In this document: piece by piece, positions 11,971 to 23,241 of the stretch
Position numbering within the stretch: position 1 is the stretch's first letter
Layout of the letters: each line of letters starts with the position of its first letter
Assembly: GCA_044892525.1 (NCBI GenBank)
Contig: CM097886.1
Location: 174,208,312-174,272,311 of the forward strand
Length of the DNA: 64,000 nt
Direction of reading: 5' to 3'
Source: Schmidtea polychroa
Taxonomy: Eukaryota
Made by a program: the position numbers and the translations under genes
Notes under the pieces: model-generated
Told to the model about the DNA's origin: nothing
Seen by the model: the letters and a program-made list of their open reading frames with translations, nothing else
Database searches by the model: none

Positions 11971-12812
11971 TGTAATGTACAGTGATTTTTGTTAATATTT
12001 TAGTATTCACAATTAGGAATTGTGTATACTAAGATATAAAATACAACCATCTGGGAAATCCAGATTTTTAATAAAAAACTATATAGCGATAATTTACTAT
12101 AGTAAATTATCGCTATAGTAAAAATAAAATATGAAATAAATCGAAAATAAATCGAAAAGAATATTCAACAGATAAACTACGTAATCTACGTTAGTCTATT
12201 CAACTACAACCGGACGTAAATAGAAGGTTCCAGTTCAGTTTCTATTTAAAACAATTCTCCAAAAACCAATCTCGAACCGAACTCAAGCTTCAATATCACT
12301 AGCTATAAACGCTACTGAAAGTATTGAAAGATAATAAAACATTACTGTAGTAAAGCAATTTCGTATTCATTCTATTTCAAAAGACTCGAAATTATCATAG
12401 CCAGAATTGTGGTTTGTGATATCCCTAATAAATAAGTTCAGTTTCTATTTAAAACTATTCCCAAAAATAATCTCGAATCGAACTCAAACTTCAACATCAC
12501 AGCTTACCAACAATATTGAAGGCGCGAATTATCGTAACCAGAATTGTGTTACGTGATATCCCCAAACAAATAAGGTTTTATTTCTTTGTTATAATAAAGT
12601 TTAAAAGATGTAACATTTTGTTATTGTTTTACGTTATATTCGTGACTTTATATTGTTCGTAATTATTATATTTTGAACATAGCACGCACCCCGATTGTCC
12701 TGCTACAAGTTTTAACGGTGACTCTTTCGGGCTCTACAAAATCTTCATCAAAATAACATAAATCAACATTAATTAACAATAATAACGATTGCAAATTACA
12801 ACCTCCATAACA
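11971..12812. mobile_element. Solo LTR with internal ~207-bp tandem duplication
   Basis: TG...CA termini, 5-bp TSD TCTAG (11966-70, 12813-17); absent from the paralogous site at 26668. Confidence 0.8.
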
Positions 12813-13399
12813 TCTAGTAATCTCAACCCAAGAGACGATGTCAACACATACACAAGAAATCGGTCACCTATCGTCAATCTTCATAATATTTATGGAAAAA
12901 GTTTTTACTAAGTAAAACAGAAATTTCGAACAATAATACTGATAAAAATGATTTAATGAGAAACTTTTTTGATATTGAATTTGGCATCAATGGTTTACAA
13001 TTCTATGAAATTAGAAATTTATATGTAGCATGATATTGCATACAACAGTAATTATATAATTAGATCCAATTACTCTTTACTATTTGAATTTCATTGTACA
13101 CATGCTTGAGTATGATTGGTGTTTTCCATTACCAAATACGGTTTTTTACTTATAAGCGTTAACTTGAAATTTAATAGTGTTAATTACTTATTTGGTTACA
13201 TTAATTTTATATTTTTTGTACTTTATTATATTTATTTAATATAAATTTTCATTGAATGTTAATTATACGCCATAATCAGGATTGTTTGTATCTGGCATTA
13301 CATAAACCATTATTCCGAGAAAAGCAACAGCTGGATTCGAAATTAATAATTTAAAGCAATAGCTGTAGGAACATAAAACTAATTCGATCAATATATTTA

Positions 13400-13830
13400 T
13401 TGAAAGCGACACCAAATTGACCGATCATAGAAATATCTGCTCCACCAGTCAAGTCTTCCATGAAAGCTTTTAAATCTGATTCTGGCGATTATACCAAGAT
13501 TGTTCATGATTTCACCTTTGGTAATATCAACTCCAGTATTGTACAATGTCAAATTATTGAGCTCTTTATTTGGAATAACTTTAATCATTAACTCATTTAG
13601 GCTATCCGAGACAGATGGGTTCATCAAGTCATTGTAACGAACTTTATCAAGAACATCATTAGCATCGGTAATCAATCCTCTAAATAAGATTTCTTTGTTT
13701 ATATTGATCGCGTAAATTTTCGGAATTTCTATCAACCTGCCTAAATCAGTTTGAGTGAAAGAAGCAAATGATAAATTATTAGAAATACTTGATTTTTCAA
13801 CCAATCTGATTTCCTCATTGACATCGTATT
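13400..13830 (-). pseudogene. HSP90: HSP90 N-terminal (ATPase domain) pseudogene fragment
   Basis: NKEILFRGLITDANDVLDKVRY..NNLGIIAR, then after a +1 frameshift SDLKAFMEDLTGGADISMIGQFGVAF; truncated, no introns. Confidence 0.85.
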
Positions 13831-14019
13831 CAGTTATTTATTGTGAATGAATTGTATTACAGTTTATTAAACTACTTTGTTATACATGATTATTTTATAT
13901 ACTTAATTTCTATTATTGACGAAAGCTATAAATAAAAGTTTAAAACGTAATCACATTATTTTTATTCACGCAATTTTTATAGTAAAATAAATCAAGATTT
14001 ATTTGATAGGGGAAATAGC

Positions 14020-14942
14020 GCCCGGGAGAGATTGAAATTTGGCGCCCCTGGTGCCAAAAGAATACACCACTTCCATTAATTATGTACTTACAGGAATGGA
14101 ATTGGTCTTGAAGAGATGCAAAGCTATACAATGCTTAACCAAACTTATATTATAACGAAAACCAATTAATTATAAATATTTATTATATATGTGTATATAC
14201 ATATAAGGCTCCATCTCCTATATCAGCGGGTGACCGAGTTTGCAAGAAATGAGTTGCCATGTTTCACAAAATTTCCTTTACTATGAAAAAATAATTCTGA
14301 TTCTTTTCTCAATATTGAATAGGCTATTCTCCGATTTCTCGTTTTTATATATAGACTACTGTATCGGGCATATCGATATCTATAAACATTATCATCAATT
14401 GTCCTTCCTTCTTTCAAACGATTTTTAGGATCTTTCCAGGCTAAGTAGCATTTTCTATGCTCAAAACTGTTTTCATGATCAGCCACCTTCGGATTTAGTC
14501 GCCCCTTTGCAATAAACCTTTAGATCAGTGGTTCTTAACCTTTTCAAACTTATGGACCCCATAAATATATAATTGGTACCGACTGACCCCTGAAAAGTTA
14601 AAAAATTAATAAATTGATAGTAAAACACATACATTTTTTAATAATTATTTATAAATTTGTTTATTCAGCTTCAAACCAAAATAATAAAGTTTTTTTGTAA
14701 ATAGTGCCACGGACTACTTAGAACCCGTTCATGGACCCCAGGTTAAGAACCACTGCTTTAGATAGACCAGCAAAACAGTTTTGTTTTAGTTTAACTTTTG
14801 AAAACAGTAAAAATGGAAAGCAGAATATAGAAATTTAATATTGAAAAAAACAAAGAAATGCAAAAAAAATATAAATGATCATTTCACAGTTTTGCGCCCT
14901 TCGACTCGGCGCCCCAATCGGCAACCCCTAGCTACGGCTCTG
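14020..14942 (-). mobile_element. Degenerate hAT (ZMYM1-like) remnant with one recognisable terminus
   Basis: HENSFEHRKCYLAWKDPKNRLKEGRTIDD resembles hAT TTF/DUF4371 sequence; terminus ...cccctagctacggctctg at 14942. Confidence 0.5.
14526..14755. mobile_element. hAT-Charlie-type MITE (230 bp)
   Basis: Perfect TIR CAGTGGTTCTTAACCT, 8-bp TSD CTTTAGAT. Confidence 0.93.
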
Positions 14943-15275
14943 GTAATTCGTAAAATTACAATGTTCTTGTGAGATATTTAAAATAGCAAAAGATATCCCA
15001 CTAATAATTTGATCCGAATAAACAAAATATATTAAATGACACTAACAAAATTTATTGTTGCTAATCAAAAGTTATGAAACTTTTAAATAACTCATAATGA
15101 TTTAAATATTCATAATTACTTTCTAATTTATTTGGTTATTAAAATAGAATTAGCTGAAATTTTATTTCTTATATGTAAATATCTAAACTAGTTTCTTTGA
15201 AATTAATAAAAATTTCAAATTTTCGATATATTACTATTGTTTAAATGTATTAATATAAATAACAAGATATTTAAA

Positions 15276-15646
15276 ATGAGCGATCCGTACGCAGAGTATA
15301 CACCTGGAAAAATCAAACTTAAGTAATTAGCAATGCTTAAATAATAAAATTTAACTAATTTTACAGAAAGAAAAAAGGAACCAAAAAATTAAAAAATGCA
15401 GTTGTAAAGCATTTGGAAGAATCTAATAAAGAAACTAGCGAGCCTTATGAATATAAAACTAATAATGATAAAGCTGAATTAACTGAAGCTCAAAAGAAAT
15501 TCAGACAAACAACTCAAAAAAGACTTGTTGAAAATTTTGATAACAAAAAGGAATTATCATACAAAGACCGGCTTAGTCAATTCAATCGAAAATTAGATAC
15601 TTTAAGTGAACATTTTGATATACAGAAGGTTTCGTGGACCAAATAA
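15276..15646 (+). CDS. FAM32A: FAM32A-like protein, 2 exons (15276-15322, 15367-15646), 108 aa
   Basis: MSDPYAEYTPGKIKLK joined over a 44-nt GT-AG intron in frame to ...FNRKLDTLSEHFDIQKVSWTK, the characteristic FAM32A C-terminus. Confidence 0.9.
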
Positions 15647-15691
15647 AAAGTTTTATTCAATAAAAGTTATTCACAAAGTTTTGACTTAAAA

Positions 15692-16497
15692 TTAATCATC
15701 GTCCCACCAACATGGTAATCCCAATCCACGAACGTTAATAGTTCCCTAGAAAAATAAGTTATTTGCCAAATAAGATAAATGTTTTACGACAACAGTAAAT
15801 GGGGCCGTTGATCTCTCCTGTTGAACTCGATTATTCTCATCTACCTTATTTGATATAGGGAAAGTATCTTGCCAGATATATTCTGTAACTCTAAATCTAT
15901 TTTACTATGTAAAATTTTTAATATCTTATTCAAGTAGTAAACTTAATTTTATCTTGTACATCTATGGCTACTTCTCCATTTTCTGAGCTCCAAATCCATG
16001 AATTTTTTTCTGATTGACTATTAACAATAAATGAATAAATTTAAAGTTAACATACAATTCAAATGATTGAGGAATATTTGCTTTGGGTATAATAATATCA
16101 TCGAAAAATTCTATTGACACTTGAAGACCTTCTTGAGAACATTTGGCAACAGTTCCAGCAATCATTTCGTTAATAAATGGTTTAAATATTACATATCTAA
16201 AACTGACTGAAAAGTGATAATTGATTATCTCAAAAATTAAAAATTTAACCTGTAACATAATATGCACCATCACCGGGAAAAATTACGCGATCTCCAATAT
16301 CTAAAATATCCCACAAACATATACCCAGACCTGTATTTAACAAAACCTAAAGCTAAATAAAATAGTTGAATTAGTATTTAATATACTTTATTTGAAAGTT
16401 TTCTATTTAACTCTTGTTCTATGCACTTTACTGTTCCTAACCCGAAATGTCTAGGCTCAACGCGAACTGTATCTTTAATATTAACTAAATCAAACAT
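15692..16497 (-). CDS. POLR3H: RNA polymerase III subunit RPC8/RPC25, 6 exons (16497-16387, 16346-16250, 16206-16056, 16017-15943, 15896-15788, 15745-15692), 198 aa
   Basis: MFDLVNIKDTVRVEP..ELNRKLSNKV..GLGICLWDI..IFPGDGA..FRYVIFKPF..FFDDIIIP..FRV..GLGLPCWW; all five introns GT-AG (40, 43, 38, 46, 42 nt) and phase-consistent. Confidence 0.93.
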
Positions 16498-19271
16498 TTA
16501 AAAGTATATTTTAAAAATAGTCAAGATAAATTATTATTTAAACAAATTTATTCGATCTTAACTAATTTTGAAATTTATACATCAGTAATGATGGTAACTG
16601 TAAAAGTCAAGTTAACCCTTAATTGCAAGATTTTTTTTATTTATTTAAAATAAAATAAAATAATGTTTCTTTGACTGAATATATTATTATAAAAATTATT
16701 TAAAAAATCTAATGTAAAATGAACTAAATCCGTTAAACAGCTTTGTAGCTCACAAGCAACGCTATGAAATGATTAGTTCTTATTTATTTTAGGCAATCTA
16801 ATCGTGAAATTCTGGTATGTTGCAAATTTGCTACACAGTGTAATCAAGGGTTACATAGAACATTTAATAACTTCATTTAAAACCTTCATTTAATTTCAAA
16901 ATATTAATCAATGTTTTTCATTTAACAAGTATTTTTGTTATATCCTTTTTAAAGTGTTTGCAAATGACTTTATCCAAAACTCATATTAAGAAAAAAACTT
17001 GATCTGTAACATGAAAATAAATAAATGTAAAGGAAAATGAAAATTGATCAATGGTGATAAAAAGATCAAATTTTATCAATTTAAATAACTAAATAAATAA
17101 ATTATATGATAATAATTAATTTTGTATTTCATGAATATTATATCTAAATATTCATGATAATGGATGTTTTAGACAAATTAACATTATTTTAATTTTCTAT
17201 TATCCCAATTTCTTATCCACCTAAACTCTCAGAAAATGATTTATTGCATTCAGAAACTGTAAGGAAGGATTTTGATATTGTACATTATGGTTACGGTTAA
17301 ATTCAAATGTGAGTTCCATTTGTAAAATCGGTAAACCTTAAAGCATTTGGATCTTTGAATAGTTTTATAAGAGTTTCAAGACATTGGAATTATTGTATTT
17401 GAACACATTTGATTTGTAATCTATAGTCACTTTGAACATAATCGTCATTAGATATAGTTCTTCTTCAATAAGTATTTTCATTCAGTACTCTAGTAGACCT
17501 TGCAGTATAGATCAATCCGTATAAAAATGTTTTGAAATATTGAAAGACAAAATAAGTTCAAATCTAATTTTTTGTTTGTCCAGACTTCCAAATTAATTTT
17601 ATATTATAAACAAATGAGCGTTTTGATAAAATTACAGCTGTTTTTTCAAATATAAAAAAATATTAAGAAAAAATGATAACCCATGATTCACACGCAAAGT
17701 GTAAACATAAAGTTGGATATTGTGTTACTAAGAAAGATTTCCCTGTTATTTAATTTTACAAATCATTTAACATTTTATTTGTACAATGAAAAATTAAAAT
17801 TAGTAACAGATCATATAGCGATTACTTTCATGATAAATCCACGACTCTTTGCTCCCAAGTTCCTTAATATAGCTGACTTATTAAAGTAATTCTATCAAAT
17901 GACTCTATGTCAAGAAATGAATGTATAATATGTATATTTCGCATAATCCTCTTTCTTGGTATATAAGAGTGCTTAAAATTCGATTGTATTTTTTAAAAGA
18001 ACACAATACGTTTAATGTTTGTTGGTTAAATGAATTAATAATCTCGATTGCATACCATTTCACTTCAAATCTTTCCCAGTCTTAATTGTCAGGACAAACT
18101 ATCAAAAGAAATATATTAGTCTTTTACTGTATTTACTGTATTATAAAAAGAAAGAAATAATATGTTTTTGCGTTAGTCCGAATATATGACTAGGTTTTCC
18201 CCAGAAATATCTTTAAAAAACAAGATTCATCTTATATTCGGGCATTCGATTGTCGGTCATTTTCATGCATGTGTTGAGGTTCTCAAATCTCAACTTGATA
18301 GTTCCTATATAAGTTGTTAGAACACAAACACTGGTTCAATAAATTTATTTAATTATCATAATTAAATTAAAATTATATATAAAGTTAAAAATATAAAATG
18401 AACAATCACCTCAAATATATATATATATATATATATGCGTGTGTATGTGTATGTGAATGCTTGCAGCTTCCTGAGCTCGGATGTGTAATATAGGTATACT
18501 CTAAATTATATTGCAATCTCAATTTCTGAATTTGCAATTCTTCTTAGAAGCTCTTACTTTTTGGGTGATTTGACTGAGAAATCAGTCGACTTATATATGA
18601 AATCCCTGTTGACACTCCATTTCGAATGTCAATACACTCTGTTCTGTTAAAGTCAATAGAATTTCTGTTTTTAAAAGTGCAAATTTTAATTGTTACTATG
18701 TTTGGAATTATCCCTTTATCCAGCATTTTAATGTATTTTTGTTTGTTATTGATTTTAAAGTTTTAGCCGCTTTGTATGATTCTTGAAAAGATGTCATTTC
18801 TTTTTTGGCTTAGACATAAAATTTATTTTTTACTGTCAAAAACGTGGAATCAACTATTAGTACGAAATCAGAAAAGTCTCAAGGAAGATTCAAGCACATT
18901 TTTATATTTATCTTTTAACTCCAAAGGTATAGTTGTTAAAAATTTATCAGTATAACTCAACTTTAAAACACTGTGATATGCCACTACATATACTAGATCA
19001 AATTGATTATTGTAATTGATTGTAATGAAACTAATTCATGATTATATGGATTTTTAATAATTTTATCTTGTAATAAGATTTAGTTAAAGAATTTACTGAC
19101 TTTGTATTTTACCATTATTGCCAATAAAACACAGAAAATTATTTTATTATTATTATTTTTTTTTGATTTTTCTATAATGCACTTGGTGCAGTCAAACAAA
19201 CAATATGCACTTAGTGCAAAAGAATAAAATAGACATTCAACCAACTGGTTGATTTTTAAAAAATAATTGAT

Positions 19272-19282
19272 ATAATAATAAT

Positions 19283-19367
<85 letters not shown>
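19272..19367. repeat. (TAA)n microsatellite
   Basis: Long, mostly pure TAA run; continues briefly after 20835. Confidence 0.95.
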
Positions 19368-19368
<1 letters not shown>

Positions 19369-20834
19369 AGGGTTTCAAGTCGTATTATGACAAACATAAC
19401 ATATTTTTTGAATATTTTAATATAATCTTTGACAATGTTAAATACATTAATGACAATATTAATAAAATAAATGCCAATTTAAATAATATTAATGACAATA
19501 ATACATATATTAATGTAATATATTACAAAAAATGTAATGACAAAAAAATTAAGTGACATTTAATTAAGAATAATTTCTCCCTCAATACATCTTGGTATAT
19601 ATGACCACATATTTCGCACATAATTACTACAGTCTTGTGAAGATATTAGGGTACTTCCATTTTCAATTTCTCGCATAAGATCATCTTCATTTCTGGGGTT
19701 GGTTCTTTTGGTGATTTCCTTCCACTTGCTGAACATGTTCTCAATAGGATTGAGAAAAGGGGAGTACGGCGGAAGAAATTTTACAGTTGTATTTTCATTA
19801 TTTATAGCGCTAAGCACTTCAGGACTTTTATGGAACTTAACATTATCCATTATGAATACGCATCTGTGAATCTCTTTATCAATTAAAACTTCCTTTAGCT
19901 CTGTTATATATTCGATAAACTTCTCTTTATTGAGGGCCCGATTAAAAGATTTATAAAACAATAACCCATTTTTGTTCATTGCACATGCTATAGATATATT
20001 TCTTGATCGTATGGTCGGTACATTTAATGTTGCAGGAGTGCCTATTTGTGATCTTCCTCTTGTTGCTCTCATAGAAACGTTGAATCCCACCTCATCAATA
20101 AATATTAATTCTTGTTCTGAATATATACTTAGTATAGAAGAGAATTTAAGTGCATATTCTTTTCTTGTTTCAATTACTTCTGTTGAATTTCTTCTCTCTG
20201 GAATTAAATGAAATCTTTTCATTGAATAATGAAAACGAGATAATAAATTATATACATAAGTTGTGGATATTCTAATTTGAAACTCTGTAAATACCTTTTC
20301 CGCTAAAACTTTCAACGATAATTGGCAGTTATTATCAACCCACTCTTTTACTTGATTTTTTTGATCCTCTGTCAATTTTTGTGGATGATCGCCGCCTCTC
20401 TTATCAGCTTCCACCACTCCAGTGTTATGGTACTTCTTCAAAATACCATAAATTGTAGTTCTTTTTATTGATAAAATTCGAGAAATATCAACTATTGAAG
20501 TCCCGTCATCATATGCTGTAATAACACGATCTCTATCAGCATTTGAAGTTGTACTATTTCTTCGTTGTACTCGAAAAGTGTTACGGATAGCTGGTTCGGC
20601 AGTGTTATCACTTTCGACTACTATTTCTGTATTATTTGCTATGGAAGCAGGAAATTGATTTTTTTGTCAAGCCATGCATAGAATGTCTAAAAATATATTT
20701 ATAATGTCATTAATAAAGCTTTTATTGTTATTAATTTAGTATATATTGTCAATAATAGATTTAATATTGTTTATTATCTGGTTAATATTGTCAAAAAATA
20801 TATTATGCTTGTCAAAATACAACTTAAAACCCTG
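19368..20834 (-). mobile_element. IS630/Tc1-like DD34E DNA transposon, full length
   Basis: Imperfect ~43-bp TIR CAGGGTTT.AAGT.GTATT.TGACAA.CATAA.ATATTTTTTG, TA on both sides, GACAAT subterminal repeats. Confidence 0.92.
19560..20675 (-). pseudogene. DD34E transposase, open except for TGA at codon 3
   Basis: ATG GCT TGA at 20675, then open to 19560; IFIDEVGF, IMDNVKFH, LPPYSPFLNPIE with 34 residues between the second D and E. Confidence 0.85.
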
Positions 20835-22789
20835 TAATAATAATAACATTTAAAAATAGACAATCAACAAACAAGATAAATTTATTCGCATGTCTTTAAG
20901 AACCAATAAATCAATATAATTGTATAAATAGATAAATTAACAGATCACATCACATTGTTAATAATAAGTTATTATCACAAGTCAATATAATAATGTTTAT
21001 TCCTTTCATCACATAGATACCATCATTATTGATTATTGTCCACATGTATATTTATTCAGTACCCATTTGTTCTTATTATGTAGTATTTGAGCTTCAAAGC
21101 CCTTAATATTCTTCCATCTTCTAACACATGATTAGACACAGAATACAAAGTTTTAAAAATGTATTTATAAACTTTTTCGTCAAAAATGGAACTTGTCTTA
21201 TAGTCTTAGTTGCATTATATTCAGGGTAATACGGTGTATATTTATCGGGATTTGAATTTATTATACCGAAGTTTTATTGTCAGAGGATTCGTTAAACGAG
21301 GTATTTTTTGTAAACAATAAATAATTAGAAATACACAAGATTTCTTTAAATACTTAAAAATAGATTATGAAGATTTGCATTTTACAAATCAAAAGTTAAA
21401 ATAGCAATGCTTATATAGCTTCTTCTAATCGAGTTTATGAGACAATATAGGTACTAATAGGACGACGCTTTGATATTAAAAAATTATTAAATGACATAGT
21501 ACAGTAAATAAGCACTATTTAATTTAGCTCCCCCGTTATATATTGAAAAATTTTCGAAAAAAAAATATATATATAGGAACACGATCATTACCTGGCGACC
21601 ACTTCTTCTGGTAATAGAACCCCTAACGTGTCAAATTATCTTGTCTGANNNNNNNNNNNNNNNNNNNNNNNNNNNNNNNNNNNNNNNNNNNNNNNNNNNN
21701 NNNNNNNNNNNNNNNNNNNNNNNNNNNNNNNNNNNNNNNNNNNNNNNNNNNNNNNNNNNNNNNNNNNNNNNNNNNNNNNNNNNNNNNNNNNNNNNNNNNN
21801 NNNNNNNNNNNNNNNNNNNNNNNNNNNNNNNNNNNNTATTTATTGAACATGTGAAGGCACTATTTTTGAAATTCTTCCAATCAACGATTGTCGCGCTTGA
21901 ATTCGTCTCGCATTGTAAGATATATAGTGAGAGGGGCGGATAAACTGAATAAGAAACAGTAAATTGACGTTTAAAGATTTAGTGGCAGTTATTAATAAGG
22001 TATTATCCAACCAAATAAGTTATTGTTGCTTTTCAACTTTTTGCTTTAATTCTTTTTATAATCTTTATGAAAATATTTAAAATAAAAAATCGCGTGACCC
22101 ATATCAAAGCGTCACCATAATATAAAACTTAAAACCCAATTTTCAATATTCTACTATTAAACAATTTCTTTGTTCAAATAAAATAAGGTAGTTCACATCT
22201 CCTGGCACTCCGAACTCTCCATAACGAATCTCGTGTTTACCTCGGTCTGGGAAGAAAACTAAGAGACATTATGGGATCACCTGTAACCCGCATTCACTGC
22301 AACTTTCGATATGATCATTGAGATTGTTATCCATGTTGAAAAAACTATTAAACTTTACGTTTTGATCACAAAATCAGTTTGCATATATAATTCGATTATT
22401 AGAACAACCTGACTGCTTTCAAAGTTAGGATAATCGAAGTTTTACTACACATTTTGCATAAGAACCTTTTTTTAAAATTTTGCCACTGACTTCTTTTCCT
22501 TTATATTTATTGAAAAGCTTGACTATAAATCAGTAATATATCGATGTTTTTGATATAAATAAATATCTTTTAGTTTTTATAGTTCAATTTAATACAGATT
22601 AAAACAGCATATAAACGTATTATAGGGACCTTTGACCCACTATCGATGTCTGTAAATAAAATATAAAATCAAAGCTGTAATCAATATCAAAATTACAAAT
22701 ATATATATATATATATATATTTTAAGGAAAAATATTTCGATTATAACTGACATACATTAGAAGTGTACGCAACCTTTTCTTGTACCCCT

Positions 22790-22935
22790 AACTTGAAAAA
22801 GGCAGTGCAGAAAATTCGTGAGTATCAACAAACATCGATATATTACTGATTTATAGTCTTCGAACTCTCTTTTCAATTCAATGGATAAAATAATCAGTGG
22901 TGAAATTGGAAGAAATAAAAGTTCTTATAATAATC
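22790..22935 (+). repeat. Dispersed ~100-150 bp repeat (other copies about 7590-7690 +, 22480-22556 -, 55800-55924 +, 61800-61935 -)
   Basis: Shared core gcagtg..gaaaattcgtga.tatcaa.aaacatcgatatatt.actgatt.atagtc. Confidence 0.8.
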
Positions 22936-23241
22936 TTAAGATACATAAAAAAATCCATTATAGCACTTTGCCATCGATACTTTAGCGTTATATACTAAAC
23001 AAAAAAACTCACAAAGTTTATAAACTACGGGTAGGATTTGGGGAAGTTTTAACAATAACAACGCAAAGAAGAGTGACACCGATGCCTAATGGAACATTGA
23101 GATCGCATCAGATATAAGTCCTTAATGGCCATAACCTCTCACGAGCCATAGGTTGGTTACCGTTGATTTAAATGATAAAATGTTCGATATAAATTAATAA
23201 ATAATTTCAATATTATAAAATAAAGATTATAAACGACAACT

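Larger units (their letters stand above)
7839..13137 (+). repeat. Segmental duplication, copy 1 (partner 23196-27004)
   Basis: Collinear with 23196-27004 once copy-specific LTR insertions are removed. Confidence 0.9.
18272..21126 (-). mobile_element. Probable solo LTR interrupted by a Tc1/IS630 element
   Basis: TGTTG...CTAACA termini with CATG on both sides (18268-71, 21127-30); left end resembles that of the 9410 LTR (tgttgagg.tctcaa). Confidence 0.55.

Noticed and set aside
17200-17900. Possible exons of an unknown minus-strand gene
   Set aside because: In-frame stops, no consistent splice chain and no recognisable domain.
21180-21480. Possible integrase-like fragment (YTPYYPEYNA)
   Set aside because: One weak motif among many stops; cannot be supported.
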